64,000 nt of DNA from an uncultured Acidobacteriota bacterium (GTDB taxonomy: Bacteria; Acidobacteriota; JAQAZP01): assembly GCA_963836075.1 (NCBI GenBank), contig CAWIIB010000009.1, forward strand, positions 416,001-480,000, written 5' to 3'. The first letter of the stretch is position 1; each line of letters starts with the position of its first letter. The translations under genes and the position numbers were made by a program. Below the pieces are notes generated by a model. The model was given only the letters and a program-made list of their open reading frames with translations, was not told the DNA's origin and made no database searches. Positions 59,005 to 64,000 of the stretch are shown here, one piece after another.

Positions 59005-61392
59005 TCAGCGGCCGCCGGTTGAGTCCGGTTCGGCCTCCACGTAGCCCAGGGCTTCGAGGCGTTCCAGCTGTTCGCTGCTCAGCACGCCGCCGCCCTGCTC
59101 ATCCGTTCCACCCGGCCGCCCGGCCGCGAGGTGCCGCTCGAGGTCGGCCAGCAGTTCGGCGGCCGCCGGAGGCTTGTCGCCGAACAGGTCGTCCCGCTCT
59201 CCCGGGTCGCGCCCCAGGTCGAAGAGCAGGTGCTCGCCGGTGTCCGGGGCGTAGAACAGCTTGTAGCCGTCCCGGCGGACGATGCGCGAGGCCTCGTAGC
59301 CCCCCTCGGCGAAAGGCCCGCTGGTCAGCGCATTGAGTTCACTGTATACCCCGGCGGGGCGCGGCTGGCCGCCGGCCGGCAGCGCCTGACCGCCGGCCCC
59401 GGCCGACTCGAGCAGCATCCCCGCCAGGTCCACCGTGCGGACCGGCCGGGCCACCAGGCGCGGAGCGGCGCCGCGGGTGCCGGCCGGTTCGACGATGAAC
59501 AGCGGGACGTGGATCTGCTCCTCGTGCAGGCTGGTGCCGTGCGAGAAGGCACCCCGCTCGGCAAAGGCCTCGCCATGGTCGGCGAGAAAGGCCACCAGCG
59601 TGCGGTCGTCCAGGCCGAGGGCCTCCAGCCGGGCCAGCAGGCGGCCGACGTGGAAATCGGTGAAGGCCACCTCCCCCTCGTAGAGCCGGACCAGGTGCGC
59701 CCGCTCGGCCGGTGAAATGCCGAACGATGGATCGCGAATCCGCTGCAGGTTGAGCCACTCGCTCAGGCCCTGGATCACCTGGGGACGCATGCCGGCGCCA
59801 CCCGCCGGCACCCCGGGATCGTAAGGCGCGGCCGGCTGGTACGGGCCGTGGGGGTCCATGTAATGGACGTAGAGGAAGAAAGGCACATCACCGAACTCGC
59901 CCAGCCGTGCGGCAGCCAGGTCGGTAATGCGCCGCGCCTTCCGCTCCTGGTCGCGCCGGGAGATGGAGTTGAAGGACATGAAGCCCTGGGCGAACCCGTT
60001 GCCCGGCGAAATGAGCTGGTTGTCCGAGATCGCGGCGGTGACGTACCCGGCATCGCGGAACCGCTCGGCCAAGGTGGCCAGGCGCTGGTCCAGCGAGAGC
60101 GTGTTCAAGTAGCGGACGCCGTGCTCGTACGGGTAGAGGCCGGTGAAGATCGAGGCCACCGAGGGGACGGTCCAGGAGCTGGCCGCATACGCGGTGGTGA
60201 ACAGGTCGCCGCGGCGGCTGTAGCTGTCGATGTGCGGGGAGAGGCGCCGCGCGTTGCCCAGGCAGCCGAGCCGGTCGGCGCGCAGCGCATCCACCAGGAT
60301 GACGAGGACGCTGGTCCGCCCCTCGTCCGGAGTCACGATCATCGGATTGGCCCACGCCGCGAAGCGGGCCGAATTCCCGCGGCCCCTGTCTTCGGTGGCG
60401 AAGTGCAGCGTCACCCGCCGGCCGGCGAAACAGGCGAGGGGCACGCGCGCGGTTACCCAGCCCCGCTCGGCCGGCCGTTGCCGCGGCGCCAGGATCCGGT
60501 CGAAGATCGTTGTCCTGCCGCTTTCGCCATCCACGGAGACCTGGACGGAGAAGCGCACCGGGTTGCCGCCGCCGCGCCAGCCCGGTGTGGCGATCCCCGC
60601 GGCGAGGTCGAGTAGCGGGAGGTGCTCCGCGGCCGGCAGCTCGACGGTCAGGTCGAGTGGCGATCCGGGAAGGACGCGCATGATCGGCCGCTGGTCGCCG
60701 GCCAGGGCCAGTGCCGCGCCGGGCTCCCGGTGCTCCGCCTGCAGCAGGCTCTTCTCGACGGCGGGGAGCCCGGCGTGGAAGCGGATGAAATCGAGGTCCA
60801 CCCGGCCCGTGCCGTCCGAAGGGGCCAGTTCGATCCGGTCCAGCCGGCCGCGCCAGGCCGCATCACCGGACACTTCGATGATGTAGGTGCGGAAGGCATC
60901 ACCGGTGATCAGCTGGAACCGTTTCGCCCCCCCCACCATCTCTCCGTCCACCGAGGCACGCCAGAAGAGCCGGCCCCAGTGCCCTGCCGAAGCCCGCAGC
61001 CGCACCCGGACCTCGCGCACCTCGCTGCAGTCGAAGTCCGGCCGGAGCCGCACCCGGGTCTGCCCTCCGGCCGACGGGAGGGTGAGCCGGCCGTCGGCTG
61101 CCGGTCCGGCGTCCGCCCCGGGCCGCAGCTGCCAGGGGAGGTCGCCGCCCTCGCCGGAGAACTCGCAGGCGGAAACCAGGCGCTCCCGTTCCGCCAGCAG
61201 CCGCCGGTAGCGGGCCTGCCGCTGTCCGGCGCGCCCGTCGCTCACCCGGGACAGTTCGATGAGATCGATGATCCCGCCGCGCACGGCCGCGGCCTGTCCG
61301 GGCTCCGGCGCCGGCCGGCACCCACCGGTGGCGGCAACCAGGAGCATGGCAAGCAGAATGGGGAACGTGGTGCGCACGGTCCTCCTCGACAC
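59005..61392 (-). CDS. Sulfatase-like lipoprotein with N-terminal beta-sandwich domains
   Basis: ILVDALRADRL, SWTVPSVASIFTG, HYMDPHGPY, ADHGE, LEALGY; lipobox GGC. Confidence 0.88.
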   Translation of the reverse strand: MSRRTVRTTFPILLAMLLVAATGGCRPAPEPGQAAAVRGGIIDLIELSRVSDGRAGQRQARYRRLLAERERLVSACEFSGEGGDLPWQLRPGADAGPAADGRLTLPSAGGQTRVRLRPDFDCSEVREVRVRLRASAGHWGRLFWRASVDGEMVGGAKRFQLITGDAFRTYIIEVSGDAAWRGRLDRIELAPSDGTGRVDLDFIRFHAGLPAVEKSLLQAEHREPGAALALAGDQRPIMRVLPGSPLDLTVELPAAEHLPLLDLAAGIATPGWRGGGNPVRFSVQVSVDGESGRTTIFDRILAPRQRPAERGWVTARVPLACFAGRRVTLHFATEDRGRGNSARFAAWANPMIVTPDEGRTSVLVILVDALRADRLGCLGNARRLSPHIDSYSRRGDLFTTAYAASSWTVPSVASIFTGLYPYEHGVRYLNTLSLDQRLATLAERFRDAGYVTAAISDNQLISPGNGFAQGFMSFNSISRRDQERKARRITDLAAARLGEFGDVPFFLYVHYMDPHGPYQPAAPYDPGVPAGGAGMRPQVIQGLSEWLNLQRIRDPSFGISPAERAHLVRLYEGEVAFTDFHVGRLLARLEALGLDDRTLVAFLADHGEAFAERGAFSHGTSLHEEQIHVPLFIVEPAGTRGAAPRLVARPVRTVDLAGMLLESAGAGGQALPAGGQPRPAGVYSELNALTSGPFAEGGYEASRIVRRDGYKLFYAPDTGEHLLFDLGRDPGERDDLFGDKPPAAAELLADLERHLAAGRPGGTDEQGGGVLSSEQLERLEALGYVEAEPDSTGGR

Positions 61393-61511
61393 CGGGTCCG
61401 GTCATCGTCGGGCGAATCGTCTCTGGATCCTTCAAGAATGATCTACAGCCGTTGTAGCCGACCCGGCGGATTCCGTCAAGACCGGTCACCACGTCCCGTT
61501 GCCAGTTGTGG

Positions 61512-61562
61512 CTCCTGAATATTCCATACGACGCGCTGAAGGTTGTCCCTCCTGAATATTCC
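61512..61562. repeat. 14-bp direct repeat in divergent intergenic region
   Basis: ctcctgaatattcc at 61512 and 61549. Confidence 0.6.
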
Positions 61563-62052
61563 GTCCGCGTTCATTTCATTAGACTTACGCGACCGCCATG
61601 AAATCAAGAAACTCGACGTCTTACGATACTGCAGTGTGTAACCCGATTTGAGTTTTTTGCCAACGCTCTCTGGTCATCCGGAATCCCACTTTATCCCGGA
61701 CATGTACGCTCTGAGCCATTAGCCCGGGGAGCTGCACTGGTCTCACTTTCAGCCGCATTCCACGCCGCTCTCGCCTGCTCACAAGAGAACCCGAATCTCA
61801 ATCCCGGGCGATTTCCGGATTTCGATGCCGGGTTCCGGTCTCCCCGCTTGGCGAGATTTCTGCTGCCTGCAGCAATTAAAAAATACGGCAATACACTCTC
61901 ATCACCGGTTTGATTCAAGCCGCTTCGAATGTCCCTGGCCCGGGTGACCAGGTACATGGGATGGAAGCCGTACCGCTGTGCTTCCGCGCAGCGGTCGATG
62001 CAGTATGATTGGTGAAGCAACCATTCAGCCACAATCCTGGAGGGAACAACCG

Positions 62053-62947
62053 ATGAACGAATTCTGGCAATCACTGGACGAACTGCTGAACAGGCAGCTC
62101 TTCTCTCTCGGCGGTTGGACACTCAGCCTGCACCGGGCACTGTCTTTCATTCTGATTCTCGCGGTCGCTTTCGCCCTGTCCATCTTTTTCCAGCGCATGG
62201 TGGACCTGGCCTTCCGGCGTCGGGAGATTCAGGATGAAGGCACACAGGCCGTGGTGAAACGGCTTCTCCATTACCTGATTCTGCTCATCGGGCTCGGCGT
62301 CGGTCTCGAGACCGTGGGCGTGGAGTTGACGGCGCTCTTCACTGCCGGAGCCGTTTTCGCCGTTGCCATCGGTTTTGCCATGCAGACGATTCTGCAGAAT
62401 TTTGTCGCGGGTGTGATCCTCCTGATCGAACGGTCGATCAAGCCGGGGGATATACTCGATGTCGAAGGGATGAGGGTGAAAGTCGTGACCATGGGCATCC
62501 GGACAACGGTGGCCCGCACGCTGGACGAAGAGGACCTCATTCTGCCGAACTCGCTGTTGAGCCAGTCAATAGTGAAGAACTTCACCTTGCGGGACACGCT
62601 CTACCGGGTCCGGGTCCCGGTCGGCGTCTCCTACGGCTCCGACATGCGGCAGGTATTTGAAATCCTCAAATCCGCGTCTTCGGGTTTGCCGGGGGTGGGA
62701 TATGATCGGGAGCCGGTCGGTACTGTTGACCGAATTCGGGAGCTCCTCGGTCAACTTCGAGGTTTCGGTCTGGACCAACAATTCATGGGTCTATCGACAG
62801 ACCGTGTCGAGGCTCAACGAGAGTATCTGGTGGGGTCTGAAAAAAGCCAACATCACCATCGCGTTCCCCCAGTTGGACGTGCATTTCGATCCGCCGGTGG
62901 AAAAGTCCCTGCAGGCTCTGGGCGGAACAGCTTCTCCAGCCGCTTGA
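62053..62947 (+). CDS. mscS: Small-conductance mechanosensitive channel (frameshift at ~62715)
   Basis: IGFAMQTILQNFVAGVILLIER.IKPGD, LPNS, VGVSYGSD; second frame EFGSSSVNFEV...ITIAFPQLDVH. Confidence 0.88.
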
Positions 62948-63053
62948 ACGACGCGAGCTGGTGTCCGGGCGCCGGGCAGATTCTATGATATACTCAGCCG
63001 TATACTATATTGTTTCAATAGTTTAGGTGGCGAACCACAGCGATGGACAGTTG

Positions 63054-64000
63054 ATGCATCATCTGGAAAAAACAGCCATCCTCATCAGTTACTTCGCCAA
63101 ACAGGATGAAGCTCGTGAAGCTTTCTTTAAACTGCGCCGGAAGGGACACCGCCGCGTCGCGTGGGTGAGCAAGAGCGCGGAGGGAAAGGTCCGGACGCGG
63201 GATCCCTTCCGCAGGCGCCGGGCCTGGGGAGCGGTCGTTGCCATTGTCCTGTTTGGATGTCTGGCAACAGCGGTTTCACTGCGCTTTACGTGGCCGGAGC
63301 CGCTGCTTCGTCCTTTCCCGGGAATCCTGCTCGTGGTTCTGGTGGGCGGGCTCCTCGGCTTCCTGGTTAATGCTGCCTGGATGCGGCGATCGAGGTTGGG
63401 AATCGCGAGAACGTTGCTTGACAATCATGCGCGCTGGCTCGTTTCCGGTGAATCGATCATTATTCTCCAGGGACCGATCGATACCTTGCATCGCCCCTTC
63501 TCCCTGTTGCTGAAAAGCAGCGAGGTCCCGCCACGAGTCTTTGTTTTGCACCCCCGACGGGAAAGAAGCGTCAAAGCGGACTGGCGCCCGGGGAGACCGC
63601 CCCCCAATCCGGCGCAGCTGAAGGATAATGCTCAGCAACTGGCCGCTGTGCATCAGGTTGACCCGGCACCGCCACGGAACAACAGATTTCTCAAGCGGCT
63701 CGATCAGGGTCTCAAGCATTTCCAGCAAGCTTGCCTGGATCTCTCGGAAGCATATCGCTTGCAACTATCCGCACCGCCGGCCAGTGAATGGCTCCTCGAC
63801 AACGAATATATCTTTGAAAGCAACGCCCGCGACATCCGGCTTAACCTGCCCAGGCGTTATTACCGGCAGTTGCCGGTGCTGGCCAACGGGCCCGACCAGG
63901 GGATGCCTCGCATCTACGGCCTGGCGCGGGAACTTGTCGCTCAGACCGGCCTGCATCTGGATCAGGAGGTCATTCTGGCCTATATCCAGGCCTATCAGTC
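63054..64000 (+). CDS. Cyclic beta-1,2-glucan synthase (NdvB/ChvB/Cgs family), N-terminal part; runs off right edge
   Basis: Open frame from ATG 63054 containing PASEWLLDNEY...LPRRYYRQLPVL...PRIYGLAREL...AYQ. Confidence 0.85.
   Translation, partial: MHHLEKTAILISYFAKQDEAREAFFKLRRKGHRRVAWVSKSAEGKVRTRDPFRRRRAWGAVVAIVLFGCLATAVSLRFTWPEPLLRPFPGILLVVLVGGLLGFLVNAAWMRRSRLGIARTLLDNHARWLVSGESIIILQGPIDTLHRPFSLLLKSSEVPPRVFVLHPRRERSVKADWRPGRPPPNPAQLKDNAQQLAAVHQVDPAPPRNNRFLKRLDQGLKHFQQACLDLSEAYRLQLSAPPASEWLLDNEYIFESNARDIRLNLPRRYYRQLPVLANGPDQGMPRIYGLARELVAQTGLHLDQEVILAYIQAYQ

Noticed and set aside
202-60615. Long antisense ORFs (e.g. 202..1566, 3815..6655, 17010..19022, 43067..45139, 54340..55749)
   Set aside because: Shadow ORFs opposite well-supported genes in high-GC DNA, with no recognisable motifs.
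1-62947. Frameshifts in OYE, XDH Mo and FAD subunits, propeller protein, second kinase and mscS as pseudogenes or programmed frameshifts
   Set aside because: They appear to be isolated single-base indels in otherwise intact genes with no in-frame stops, scattered across unrelated loci. Sequencing error is most likely; read polishing would decide.
1-64000. tRNA, rRNA, prophage or cas genes
   Set aside because: None recognised in the window.

Overview
High-GC bacterial window. The gene content (sulfatase-fold proteins, Ser/Thr kinase-TPR, CHAT-TPR, FG-GAP proteins) suggests an Acidobacteriota-like organism, but that is inference. Several isolated single-base frameshifts look like long-read errors. 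There are three parts. (1) A minus-strand anaerobic catabolic gene set: hydantoinase/oxoprolinase A+B at 43.3-47.2 kb, and acyl-CoA dehydrogenase, B12 acyl-CoA mutase, xanthine-dehydrogenase-family Mo enzyme, family III CoA transferase and an OYE/FadH-like reductase at 0-10.8 kb. Together these resemble the anaerobic indole-3-acetate (iaa) pathway. (2) A ~32 kb accessory tract splitting that set. It holds four toxin-antitoxin pairs, two Ser/Thr kinases, an ECF sigma/anti-sigma/CHAT protease trio, gene remnants, an IS91 relic and five co-oriented degenerate copies of the hydantoinase B 3' end. Three unrelated secreted proteins in it share a ~120 aa C-terminal domain (NWRAG[FY]TN ... D[VT]TPAPYNQPPY), a candidate undescribed sorting/anchoring domain. 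(3) A cell-envelope modification cluster (methyltransferase, nucleotidyltransferase-like protein, ribBA, B12 radical SAM, FG-GAP lipoprotein, GT-C enzymes, flippase, sulfatase-like protein), followed by mscS and the start of a cyclic beta-1,2-glucan synthase.
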